Part shown: positions 13,800-25,185 of the stretch, piece by piece
Layout of the letters: each line of letters opens with the position of its first letter
Numbering within the stretch: position 1 is the first letter of the stretch
Source of the DNA: Octopus bimaculoides
Lineage: Eukaryota
Length of the DNA stretch: 64,000 nt
Assembly (NCBI RefSeq): GCF_001194135.2
Contig: NC_068983.1
Coordinates: 151,337,125-151,401,124, forward strand
Direction of reading: 5' to 3'
Notes under the pieces: generated by a model
What the model saw: only the letters and a program-made list of their open reading frames with translations
The model's database searches: none
What the model was told of the DNA's origin: nothing
Translations under genes and position numbers: made by a program

Positions 13800-14000
13800 T
13801 AAGTGCAAGGCTTGCAGTTTTGATGAGAAGGGTTTAGTCGATTAAATCAGCCTGAGTACATGACTGATACTTTTTCTATCGAATCCAAAAGGATGAAAGG
13901 CAAAGTTGACCTTAGTGCGACTTGAACTCAGAATGTAAAGAGTCGGATCAAATACCGAAGCTATTTTAACAGATGCTCTTACGATTCCACTAATCTACTT
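13800..14000 (-). mobile_element. SINE family B, diverged
   Basis: AAAGGATGAAAGGCAAAGTTGACC and GAACTCAGAATGTAAAG blocks. Confidence 0.7.
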
Positions 14001-14571
14001 CCTTCAAACCTCACGTATTAATCGGAGATATTAGGCATGTACAAAATTTAAAATTGCAAAACACGTGGTAACAGCAGGAATTTAGCATTTTAGCCATTTC
14101 TTCGATTTTACATCTCTCATTATCATCCACCCCAAATATCCATCGATTAATTCATTGATCAAGTCAAGTGTTTACCCTGCTATCTTCATTTCTTGTCCAT
14201 CTTCTTTCTATTCGTTATCGTTCGTATCGTTCAAATGTTGTTTTATATGCAGCATTTATTTTCATTCCATATTTTCTTACAGTTGGATCACGGCCTATTT
14301 TTTCATTACATCTTATTGAAACAATAGAATCGACGAAATGGAGGAGAATGATTTCTATTCATACTACTTTAACATTTACTTCAAAAGATTTTTAAAGTTT
14401 CTGTCATTATAGATCCCGAAATCGCTTTGAAAATATTTGGTAAACAATACCTTATCAACTGTTATCTGACATTAACTGTTAATTTAAATCTGTGAAAGAC
14501 CAACTATATTTAAACATTTCGTATCTTTAAATAAAGATTTGTTAAAATTTATTACTGGTTTTGAGATAGTG

Positions 14572-14833
14572 AGCAGGTAAAATCATTAGCACACCGGGAA
14601 AAATGCTTAGCGGTATTTCGTCTGTCTTTATGTTCTGAGTTCAAATTTCAAGGTCGACTTTGACCTTGAAATTATACGCACATGAATGCACACAGACACA
14701 TGCACACACAGCACATACATACTTTCATCATTTCGAGGTCGATATAAATATAAATTAACGCTAGGGTCGATGTAATCGTCTTACTCTTCTCCCCCGAATT
14801 TGTTGATCTTTTGCCAAAATTTGAAACCAATGT
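14572..14833 (+). mobile_element. SINE family B with internal fold-back and CA-rich insertion
   Basis: Head AAATGCTTAGCGGTATTTCGTCTG...GAGTTCAAATT; core resumes at CTTTCATCATTTCGAGGTCGAT; tail GCCAAAATTTGAAACC. Confidence 0.75.
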
Positions 14834-15937
14834 TTACTACTGATAAGCTGTTAAACTTTCTAACAAAATTGCTATAGTGGAAATTTGCTCTATAGTTGCT
14901 GTCTGATGAAGCTGTCTGACGAAGCATGAGGAAACTCAAAAGTACCGGCTTATGACTTCAGACAAATTGATTAATTATACTTTACTACTAGTTGTAGTAA
15001 ATACCTTCGCTTCTTCTTGTTAATTCCAACTTGTACGTATGCATCTGTCTATGCATACATGCACGTAGGCTTATATGTTTGTATGTATGAGCTGTGGGTG
15101 CATGTGTCTGTGTGCATTCACGAGCGTATAAGCATCTAGAGACAAAATCAAATCAGAACAGAAAAGATTAGAAAGTAAATAGAATCAAAGGTGATCAGCT
15201 TTGTATCTCTTTTACACTCTCACTCTCTATTTCTCGTATCTACACGTTACACAAGAACACACACTCTTTGTCTCCCCGCCCCCATTCTCTCTCTCACACA
15301 CGCACACACGCATGCATACACACTATTAAGCATATTTAAAGTAATTGACAGGCACCATTACTTCATTCCCTCTTGTATATCAATCATCAATATTTCATTA
15401 TCCAAACTGTGACTTCAGGCGCCATTAACACTTGCAACCATTTCCAAGCAGACTCTTCGATTCATTTATCGCTTTATCACATCTTCTTATATTATATCAT
15501 TCCATATTATATTATATGATATTACACTATATTGAATTACATGCTTGCTATCTAAATTTTATATCATTTTAATATTATGCTATGTTGTTTACATAATTAA
15601 ATTTTCTCTTTGCGTCTTTATATAATTTTCGTTAATAGTATTGAGTGATTTTTTCTGAATATGCAACAAAATTTGTAATCAATCGAAACCACAGAGTGTA
15701 TAAAACAGTTACAACGTATATAATCTTCGACAATCTCTCCCCTCCTTCTCTCACTCTTTATACACACGAATACACATAAATAGAGACAAGGAAAGGAGCA
15801 TTTGTATATACGTATCGTATAATACATTGCTATTTTAATTTGCAGTAAATAAATTGGGTTTAAAGGTTTACGACCTTCATGCATAAAAGCGAACACTTAT
15901 CACACATGCATAATTACAAATATAGATGCATACAAGT

Positions 15938-15968
<31 letters not shown>

Positions 15969-16124
15969 TATATATATATATACATACACATACGTGCAAG
16001 ACAAACATATAATTACCTACATGCAAAAATACTTGCATACAAACATACATGCATTTATTTATACACGTATACGCACATTATATTTAACCATACATACAAA
16101 TATATATGTGTGTGTGTGTGCATG

Positions 16125-16163
<39 letters not shown>

Positions 16164-17204
16164 TTATGAGCATAATACTAATACTAATTAAAGTGATGAT
16201 CATGATAAAGTTATTAACGATGAAGATAATAATCAGAATCATCTTCTTCTAGCTGTTCTCACCATCGTTATCTTCACCATCATTGCCACTTTTATCAGCA
16301 TCATTAGCATCGTCGTCATCATTGGAAATAAGAACGAAACCCACAGCATCAATAACACCAGCACCACTACCACCACCACTACCGCCCCCTCCCNNNNNNN
16401 NNNNNNNNNNNNNNNNNNNNNNNNNNNNNNNNNNNNNNNNNNNNNNNNNNNNNNNNNNNNNNNNNNNNNNNNNNNNNNNNNNNNNNNNNNNNNNNNNNNN
16501 NNNNNNNNNNNNNNNNNNNNNNNNNNNNNNNNNNNNNNNNNNNNNNNNNNNNNNNNNNNNNNNNNNNNNNNNNNNNNNNNNNNNNNNNNNNNNNNNNNNN
16601 NNNNNNNNNNNNNNNNNNNNNNNNNNNNNNNNNNNNNNNNNNNNNNNNNNNNNNNNNNNNNNNNNNNNNNNNNNNNNNNNNNNNNNNNNNNNNNNNNNNN
16701 NNNNNNNNNNNNNNNNNNNNNNNNNNNNNNNNNNNNNNNNNNNNNNNNNNNNNNNNNNNNNNNNNNNNNNNNNNNNNNNNNNNNNNNNNNNNNNNNNNNN
16801 NNNNNNNNNNNNNNNNNNNNNNNNNNNNNNNNNNNNNNNNNNNNNNNNNNNNNNNNNNNNNNNNNNNNNNNNNNNNNNNNNNNNNNNNNNNNNNNNNNNN
16901 NNNNNNNNNNNNNNNNNNNNNNNNNNNNNNNNNNNNNNNNNNNNNNNNNNNNNNNNNNNNNNNNNNNNNNNNNNNNNNNNNNNNNNNNNNNNNNNNNNNN
17001 NNNNNNNNNNNNNNNNNNNNNNNNNNNNNNNNNNNNNNNNNNNNNNNNNNNNNNNNNNNNNNNNNNNNNNNNNNNNNNNNNNNNNNNNNNNNNNNNNNNN
17101 NNNNNNNNNNNNNNNNNNNNNNNNNNNNNNNNNNNNNNNNNNNNNNNNNNNNNNNNNNNNNNNNNNNNNNNNNNNNNNNNNNNNNNNNNNNNNNNNNNNN
17201 NNNN

Positions 17205-17251
<47 letters not shown>

Positions 17252-17739
17252 TATCTGTGTGTGTATACACATACATACACGGACATACACGTCACGCTCA
17301 AATCAGCCTCAGCAGTTTCAATACAGTTTATTTATCGAAATATACTATTTTATTGTTATCTTTTTCTCTTTCTTTTAATAGCGGTTGTTGCTGTAGTTGC
17401 CATTTTCTAGTGCATATTTGTATGTGTGGTGCGCGCTTGGGAGTGAGAGAGCATGCGTATATGTGTGTATGTGTGTGTTTGCCTGTGTATCTATTTGTCT
17501 GTGCATGTATGTGTGTGTCTTATTGCGTATTCTTTCATACAAGAAATCATAATTACCAGTTTAAGAATATGCTCGGCAAAGGCGATGTGGAAGTGGTACT
17601 CAGAATCGTGTTTTTATGTTTACCAAAATAAATTTTGAAATCTTTGTTGGATAATCAAAAGCTAAATTAAATCATGTGCATTGTTTCTTAATTGGTAATG
17701 TGAGCATTGTGTGTATGAATATATGGGCGTATATGTGAC

Positions 17740-17776
<37 letters not shown>

Positions 17777-18379
17777 CTATGTAGTATCTCTGTGAGTAGA
17801 TATATAAAGTTGAATGTGTGTGTGAGTGAACATATGTATGGTTCTATACGTAGAATGTATCTTTTAAAATTTATTAACTTCAAATTCTTCGTAGATGTAC
17901 AGAACCGATTCCTAATAAGATAAATATGCTTCCGCCACTTGGAATTTCAGATAGCAACAACTGTTGTTGAGAGCCAAAAATACTGAATATCAAGAAACTC
18001 TCGCAAATGGTTACTGTTCCCTCAACCGAGATATATACACACGCACAGGTATATACATTTAGATTTATAATGTACAGTCAGATACACACACACACACACA
18101 TAAACACCAGTATAGATTTTAGTTCCTACGTATGTTTCACCAATCACAAGGAGCTCTACGTCGTATATGTAACTGCACACAGAAGATATACAATCACACA
18201 CACACACATGCACACAAACACATATATATATACAAATTTGTGTGCTTGTTTATGTCTTAGTAAGAAACAGATTGTTATGTTCGTTAGCTGAAGTCACTAT
18301 CAACATTTTCCTTGCTAAAATAATTGAGATACGCTATTCAAAAGTATTAACCATCTCTTAAGTTGATGCATTAACCTAG

Positions 18380-18862
18380 CACAAAAAGCGCATAAGCACG
18401 GGCATGGGAAAGTGTTTATTGGGATGTTAGCTGCGTGTAGCAGGAAAAAAAAACGGTTTCGAACATAAGCCGGAGGATGCGATGTACAATAAAATTATTG
18501 GATTTTATGGGATTTTCCCATAAAGATTGATCCCTCTGTTGAGGCAAGACCGATATGATTATAGAAGACAAAAGAAACAGACTGTGTAACATCATAGATT
18601 TTTAGATTTTGCAATACTATATTATAACGGAATGAATACTAAAGAATTTGAGAAAATGGAGATATATCAGGACTAGACAGAAAAACGAAGAAATGTGGAA
18701 GAATAAAATGACAAACGTTCCTGTGGTAATTGGTGCACTTGGAACAACAGACAAACTGCTACCTAAGAGCCTGAAGGATATTAGGTTCGATCCTCGCATT
18801 GTTGACCTTCAGAAAAGAGCAATCATGTATTCTGCAAGAATCCTTAGTAAGATTCGTGCCAT
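18380..18862 (+). mobile_element. Decayed R4/Dong-like LINE C-terminus (REL endonuclease region)
   Basis: Frameshifted translations FEHKPE, LWDFPIKID, RPDMIIEDKRNRLCNIIDF, KEFEKMEIYQD, EMWKNKMTNVPVVIGALGT, LQKRAIMYSARIL follow the standard motif order of REL-LINE ORF ends. Confidence 0.8.
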
Positions 18863-18865
18863 GCG

Positions 18866-19036
18866 GGTGCAGGCGTTGTTGTGTGGTAATAAGCTTGCTT
18901 CTGAACCATATGGTTCAGGGTTCAGTCTCACTGCGTAGCACCTTGGACAAGTGTCTTCTGTTGTAGCCTTGGGCTGACCAAACCCTTTTGAGTCAATTTG
19001 GTGGACGGAAACTCAAAGAAGACCGCCATATCTATC

Positions 19037-19105
<69 letters not shown>

Positions 19106-19238
19106 GTCTATCTATCTATCTGTCTGTCTGTCTGTGTCTGTCGTTGTCCCTTAATACCGTTTGACAACCGGTGCTGGTGTGTTTACGTCCCCGTTACTTA
19201 GCGGTTCGGCCAAAGCGACCGATACAATAAATACCAGT
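18866..19238 (+). mobile_element. SINE family A with internal (TATC)n/(TGTC)n
   Basis: Head GGTTCAGGGTTCAGTCTCACTGCGTAGCACCTTGGACAAGTGTCTT; 3' half GTTTACGTCCCCGTTACTTAGCGGTTCGG. Confidence 0.85.
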
Positions 19239-19271
19239 GAAAGTTAATAATGATAATAATTAAAATTTTGG

Positions 19272-19360
19272 CAAAGGATGTAAGGCAAAGTCGACCTAGG
19301 TGGAATTTAAACCCAGAACGTAAAGACGAGAGAAATGTCGCTAAGCATTGTGCCCGGCTT
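19272..19360 (-). mobile_element. SINE family B fragment
   Basis: AAGGATGTAAGGCAAAGTCGACC...GAAATGTCGCTAAGCATT. Confidence 0.65.
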
Positions 19361-20213
19361 AATAATAATAATGATAATGATAATAATTATTCATAACTAC
19401 GATTATAATGAACTAAAAAATTATCGCAACTTCTCTCACACCATAAATACCATCATATATACAATCGAATAGTAGCACCATCACTATCAACAACTCTAAT
19501 ACAGCACAACTCTACCACTATACATCAATGACGGCTAAACAAACAAGAAAAATCGTTAGCAACAGGCCCCTAACATAGCTCAACATCATTACGACCATCA
19601 TTACTACAAACTGTTCTCTTGTCTCACAGGCACACACACATACACACACTCAATCACGCACATCCACACAAACAAACGCGCAATTTATCTCTCCCTCCCC
19701 CTCTCACTCTCTCTCCTCCCCCTCTCACTCTCTCTCCTCCCTCTCTCTCTCTCCTCCCCCTATCTCTCTCCTCCCCCTCTCTCTCTCCNNNNNNNNNNNN
19801 NNNNNNNNNNNNNNNNNNNNNNNNNNNNNNNNNNNNNNNNNNNNNNNNNNNNNNNNNNNNNNNNNNNNNNNNNNNNNNNNNNNNNNNNNNNNNNNNNNNN
19901 NNNNNNNNNNNNNNNNNNNNNNNNNNNNNNNNNNNNNNNNNNNNNNNNNNNNNNNNNNNNNNNNNNNNNNNNNNNNNNNNNNNNNNNNNNNNNNNNNNNN
20001 NNNNNNNNNNNNNTGACTCTTGTATTTAATACAAACACAACATCAAGACAGACTGAATGTGTGAGTGTATGTATATATAAAAATCGCACACAGCACACAT
20101 TACAGACATCACAGGGAAATGCCATCACTGCATGGATTAGATGTTACATCTGACTTTCACAGAATTCCACAGGTTCTTTCTTGTTGACAGATAATTTACC
20201 GTTAACATCCTCC

Positions 20214-20276
<63 letters not shown>

Positions 20277-20445
20277 TAATAATAACTATAAAAGCATCAC
20301 AGCAAACCACAGCACATACCCAAGGCACACAGCTGCGCTCGGTAGTGAAGTGAAAGCACGTTATAAAAATAAAACTACTGAACAACAATAATAATAATAA
20401 TAATAATAATAGTAATAATAATAATAATTATTATTATAATTATAA
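20214..20445. repeat. (TAA)n arrays split by a ~95-bp unique island (20287-20382)
   Basis: Directly visible. Confidence 0.9.
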
Positions 20446-20460
20446 GAAGAAGAAGAAAAA

Positions 20461-21699
20461 GACTTGAAGACACGAAAAATTCAAACAACTACCGACCACT
20501 AACACGTCTCAACACCACCTACAAGATCCTCACTTCGATACTAACTGAAAGAATATACACTTTCCTTGAACAGAATTCTATCCTTCCCACAAGCTCAAAA
20601 AGGTTTTAAAAGGAATTCTTATGGATGCAAAAATCAATTACTTATAAATAAAATGATTGTCGAGAATTGCCGGAGCAAAAAGAGGAGCCTGAGTATGGTA
20701 TGGATAGACCATAGGAAAGTCTTTGATAGTGTCCCACACAATTGGCTACTCAAGGCCCTTGAGATATATAAGATCTCTCTTGTCGTCTCCAAATTCTTAC
20801 AAGATAGCATGGCCAAGTGAAATACACATCTTCTTCTACACAATAGTAATGGGATGAGCCAATCTAATAACATCAGCATCAAACGAGGCATCTTTCAAGG
20901 TGTCTCCCTCTCCGCATTACTATTTTGCATGGCACTGATCCCACTCTCAAACAGGTATGGGTTCAAAATGTATGATACTATTGTAAACCATCTGTTTTAT
21001 AATTGACGGTCTGAAGCTATTTGCTAGAAATGACGAAGAGCTAGTAGGGTTGTTAACAACTGTTAATGAGTTCAGCAATGACATCGGGATAGATCTTGGC
21101 CTTGATAAGTGTGCTAAAGCAACTATTGTGAGAGGCAAGCTCAAGTAAACAACTTCCATTGGATTAGATACCGACACTATTATCGACGAGCTTGACCCAA
21201 AACGAAGCTATAAATATGAACAAAAACGTATGAAGAAAACGTAGAAGCTATATCCTGATCCTCAATACTACACACTACTCAAAAATTAGCCCTTCTAGGA
21301 ACAGCCCACATCCTACGCAAGACACTGTCAATTCGATAATCCAACCTAAGCAAGACAACTCACAGATACACGGCACTGTATAAAACAATTACCTACCGAA
21401 ATGAACTTCCACTAGCAAGCTAGATAACCAACACATTGCAGATAACCAACACATTGCAGATAACCAACACATTGCAGATAACCTACACATTGCACTTTTA
21501 ACACACTATACAAGCAATAATACAGCAAAAGAGTGCACCACACCACAAGAAAAGAAAAAAAAACTAAATACAATATCAGGAAGAGTTTGGGCTCTCCCAA
21601 CAACAGAAAAAAATGCTGCACACACCCAGCAAAACTGAGGTGTAGCAGGTGATGAAGTAGAGATTTGCCTCAAACTACCAAATGCTGAAAAACTATATC

Positions 21700-21700
<1 letters not shown>
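20461..21700 (+). mobile_element. 5'-truncated, internally deleted R4/Dong-like LINE (RT core fused to ORF end and 3' UTR)
   Basis: NYRPLTRLNTTYKILTSIL; AQKGFKRNSYGCKNQLLINKMIVENC; WIDHRKVFDSVPHNWL; IKRGIFQGVSLSALLFCMALIPLS; NHLFY then a degenerate YMDD and LKLFARND; LGLDKCAKATI..SYKY; then a jump to QKLALLGTAHILRKTLSIR* (TAA 21337-21339). Followed by (TAA)n at 21701. Contains stops and frameshifts. Confidence 0.9.
21422..21493. repeat. 18-bp tandem repeat x4 (AGATAACCAACACATTGC) in the LINE 3' UTR
   Basis: Three exact copies plus a fourth with one substitution. Confidence 0.97.
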
Positions 21701-21739
<39 letters not shown>

Positions 21740-21758
21740 TAATAATAATAATAATAAT

Positions 21759-22360
21759 TGCAGTACCAGGCAGTGGCTCTCATGGCTTCTGATCTTAACT
21801 GATTGGAAGTGTTATCATGTACAGTGTTTTGTCTTGGTATAAAAGAAGGGCTACAGCAAATATTCTGCTCAATACCACAGATTTGCTTGTCAGTCGTTTG
21901 ACCCTCACCAGTTGAACATTTCCCTTGTGGCTGACGATATGTGCATCTCTGATCATGAGCAGAAGTAGTGGGGGAGCATCATAGCCATGTGTTNNNNNNN
22001 NNNNNNNNNNNNNNNNNNNNNNNNNNNNNNNNNNNNNNNNNNNNNNNNNNNNNNNNNNNNNNNNNNNNNNNNNTAATTCAGCTTTGGAAACATGGGTGTT
22101 TTGCTCAACATCCTTAAACAAACCTTATCCAGGGACCTTTTGAGCGGGATGGGCTACTCGACCTGAAGAAAATTCTAACTGGGCCCCACCTGTGAGGTCA
22201 TACGCTGTTTATCTTGATATGAGATCTCCATGTCGCGCACATATGGTTGTGATGCATGTGCCTGGTGTACTCTTATCAGACGGGTAGTCAGGATGGGTAT
22301 ATTGGGCTTCGTATATTTTACCCCAGTGTCAGTTTGATGGCATGCACTGCTCTCTTACTC
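21759..22360. repeat. Unclassified ~600-bp non-coding element bounded by (AAT)n arrays
   Basis: Complex sequence with sharp boundaries at (AAT)n on both sides and an 80-N gap inside. It looks to me like a recurrent octopod repeat, but there is only one copy here, so this is unverified. Confidence 0.45.
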
Positions 22361-22382
22361 AATAATAATAATAATAATAATA

Positions 22383-22435
<53 letters not shown>

Positions 22436-23010
22436 AATAATAATAATAATGATTTCTTTTATGGTGATAATGAATAGGAAGGGAAGAAATAAAATGACCA
22501 TTGGACGGCATATCAACCATCAACCTCACACAAAGATTCGTCATACCAAGAAACCACCAAACCCACCAAGGTACCTGACCACTACCACTGACACTGCCAA
22601 CAACTTCAAACTATGATCTTTTAAACTCAGACCTTTCTGAACCCTAAACCATAACCGACACCACCACCACCACCACATACATATACATATGTATGTATGT
22701 ATGTATGCATGTATGTATGTGCACACACATCATTGTACATCAACATCCATTCCTGAGCTACCCGGTAGCACCACCACCACCGCCACCACTAGCTTAACCA
22801 ACCACTGTTTATTTACTCATGCCTGTCTCTTTACCCAACACAGTTCGATATTTCACCTGAAGAACACGAACGAACATTCCAGCACCACCACCACCCCACC
22901 ACTGCCACCACTTCTGCCACCACTTCAAACACCTTCAACATTGCCTTCTCCATCTCCGCCTTTTCCGCATTCGCTTATTTGTTCAACATTATTATTGTTG
23001 TTTTTGTTGC

Positions 23011-23070
<60 letters not shown>

Positions 23071-23687
23071 TTCCTTGTTTTCCTCTCGATCTCTCTTTTG
23101 TCTTACTTCATCTTTTATGTAAATATATTTTCTTCTTTCATTTTTAATCTTCAAAATTATTTGCCGCGCTCTTCAGGTTTGCGCTTCCGTACCTCNNNNN
23201 NNNNNNNNNNNNNNNNNNNNNNNNNNNNNNNNNNNNNNNNNNNNNNNNNNNNNNNNNNNNNNNNNNNNNNNNNNNNNNNNNNNNNNNNNNNNNNNNNNNN
23301 NNNNNNNNNNNNNNNNNNNNNNNNNNNNNNNNNNNNNNNNNNNNNNNNNNNNNNNNNNNNNNNNNNNNNNNNNNNNNNNNNNNNNNNNNNNNNNNNNNNN
23401 NNNNNNNNNNNNNNNNNNNNNNNNNNNNNNNNNNNNNNNNNNNNNNNNNNNNNNNNNNNNNNNNNNNNNNNNNNNNNNNNNNNNNNNNNNNNNNNNNNNN
23501 NNNNNNNNNNNNNNNNNNNNNNNNNNNNNNNNNNNNNNNNNNNNNNNNNNNNNNNNNNNNNNNNNNNNNNNNNNNNNNNNNNNNNNNNNNNNNNNNNNNN
23601 NNNNNNNNNNNNNNNNNNNNNNNNNNNNNNNNNNNNNNNNNNNNNNNNNNNNNNNNNNNNNNNNNNNNNNNNNNNNNNNNNNNNNAT

Positions 23688-23909
23688 ATATGTATGTTTG
23701 TGTGTCTGTGTTTGTCCCCCCAACATCACTTGACAACCGATGCTGGTGTGTTTACGTCCCCGTAACTTAGCGGTTCGGCAAAAGAGACCGATAGAATAAG
23801 TACTAGGCTTACAAAGAAGTCCTGCCTGGGGTCGATTTGCTCGACTAAAGGCGGTGCTCCAGCATGGCCACAGTCAAATGACTGAAACAAGTAAAAGAGT
23901 AAAAGAGTA
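23688..23909 (+). mobile_element. SINE family A, young 3' half (head probably in the preceding gap)
   Basis: CTTGACAACCGATGCTGGTGTGTTTACGTCCCCGTAACTTAGCGGTTCGG...GGCGGTGCTCCAGCATGGCCACAGTCAAATGACTGAAACAA with (GTAAAAGA)n tail. Confidence 0.9.
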
Positions 23910-24716
23910 ATATAGTCATATTAAATACAAATAATTTTAAAGAGTTAAAGTGTTATTAGCTTTACTTCTATTTTCTAGAAGGTGTTGTATTCAGTGGTTT
24001 TTAAATTAAGCAAATTATTGAAATTTAGATTGTTTATCTCAGCGGAATCTTAATCAATAATATTTTATTGTTTTAATCAAAAAGCGTTTATTTAAAAAGT
24101 TTTATTTCCTATTCTGCAAACTCAATATGCATATTGAGCAATATTTATATTTCCTGTGATAGTTTCTCCATAAAAACGTTCCTCGTCAACTGTTCTCACC
24201 GTTACGGTGTTTTTAGCTAATTTAAAGAACCTTGGTTGCTATTTCTATCAGGCTGAAAAGCATATAATCGCTCTTACGTTTGTGAATATATGTATTTATG
24301 GCTATTAATATTTTCAGCAGACGATGAATGTCAAAGAGAATTTTTAACACAAATATGTTATTCAAAGTATTAACGTAACATTTCCGTGAAATATATTAGC
24401 ACTTCATGCATAAACAAAGTGGTAAATGATAAGTTTCAGTGAAATATTTTTATTCGCGATTAGGAATGTTCCCATTACTGTTTGCCTGATTTTATATCGA
24501 GAAATATTCTAGTAGAATATATGGGCATATACATGCATAAATGTATACATGTATGTATGTATGTATGTATGTATGTATGTATGTATGTATGTATGTATGT
24601 GTGTTTATACATATGTATATATGTATACAAACAAGCATATAAACATACATGCATATAATCAACAATATTACTGCTGACGCAGCCATGATCACACAGCATC
24701 GAAAGGCACTATACAT

Positions 24717-25185
24717 AGGTGTTTGACCTTCTAGAAATAATAACGAAATTTCCCTGATACCACATATTACCATCTTAAAAAAAGAAGATGAGATACCATA
24801 GTATTAAATACATTCTACCTTGAAAAGAAAAGTGGGTTGGTCACAGTTGTAACGCATTTAGTTATCTATTTATGACAGCTTGACCAGGATTGTGCTACTA
24901 TGACTACACAACTAAAGAAAAGAAAAAGTTGCTATAAGAAAGTTATACATATGAAAGTTTCCTCGTAATTGTCTCAAAGATTAGAAGTAGCTGCTAATTT
25001 TCCTTAAAATTACTCCCCAAAAAGAAAGGGAGAATCATGAATCCAAGTAAACATCGTCTTGAATAGATTAAACATTATATCTTGAATAAAAGAGCGGAAT
25101 GTTCCCAGTTTCAACACTTTTGATTTTGGTCTGCTCAATCAATTTGGTGTTAGAGCTAAACAACAAGAACATCGACAACAAAAGT
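24717..25185 (+). mobile_element. Two adjacent old SINE-like family D remnants
   Basis: GGTGTTTGACCTTCTAGAAATA, GTGGGTTGGTCACAG and TCTGCTCAATC...GCTAAACAACAAG blocks shared with 35625-35860, 39223-39609, 43905-44105 and 52899-52960. Confidence 0.55.

Noticed and set aside
14898-14945. CTGATGA/CTGACGA...GAAAC as a second hammerhead
   Set aside because: It is a 13-bp tandem duplication; no stem II, palindromic stem III or stem I can be formed.
21422-21493. Regular repeats as a possible CRISPR
   Set aside because: Head-to-tail 18-mers with no spacers, inside a LINE 3' UTR.
24121-24138. Perfect 18-bp palindrome CTCAATATGCATATTGAG
   Set aside because: About one such AT-rich palindrome is expected by chance in this much sequence, and there is no supporting context.
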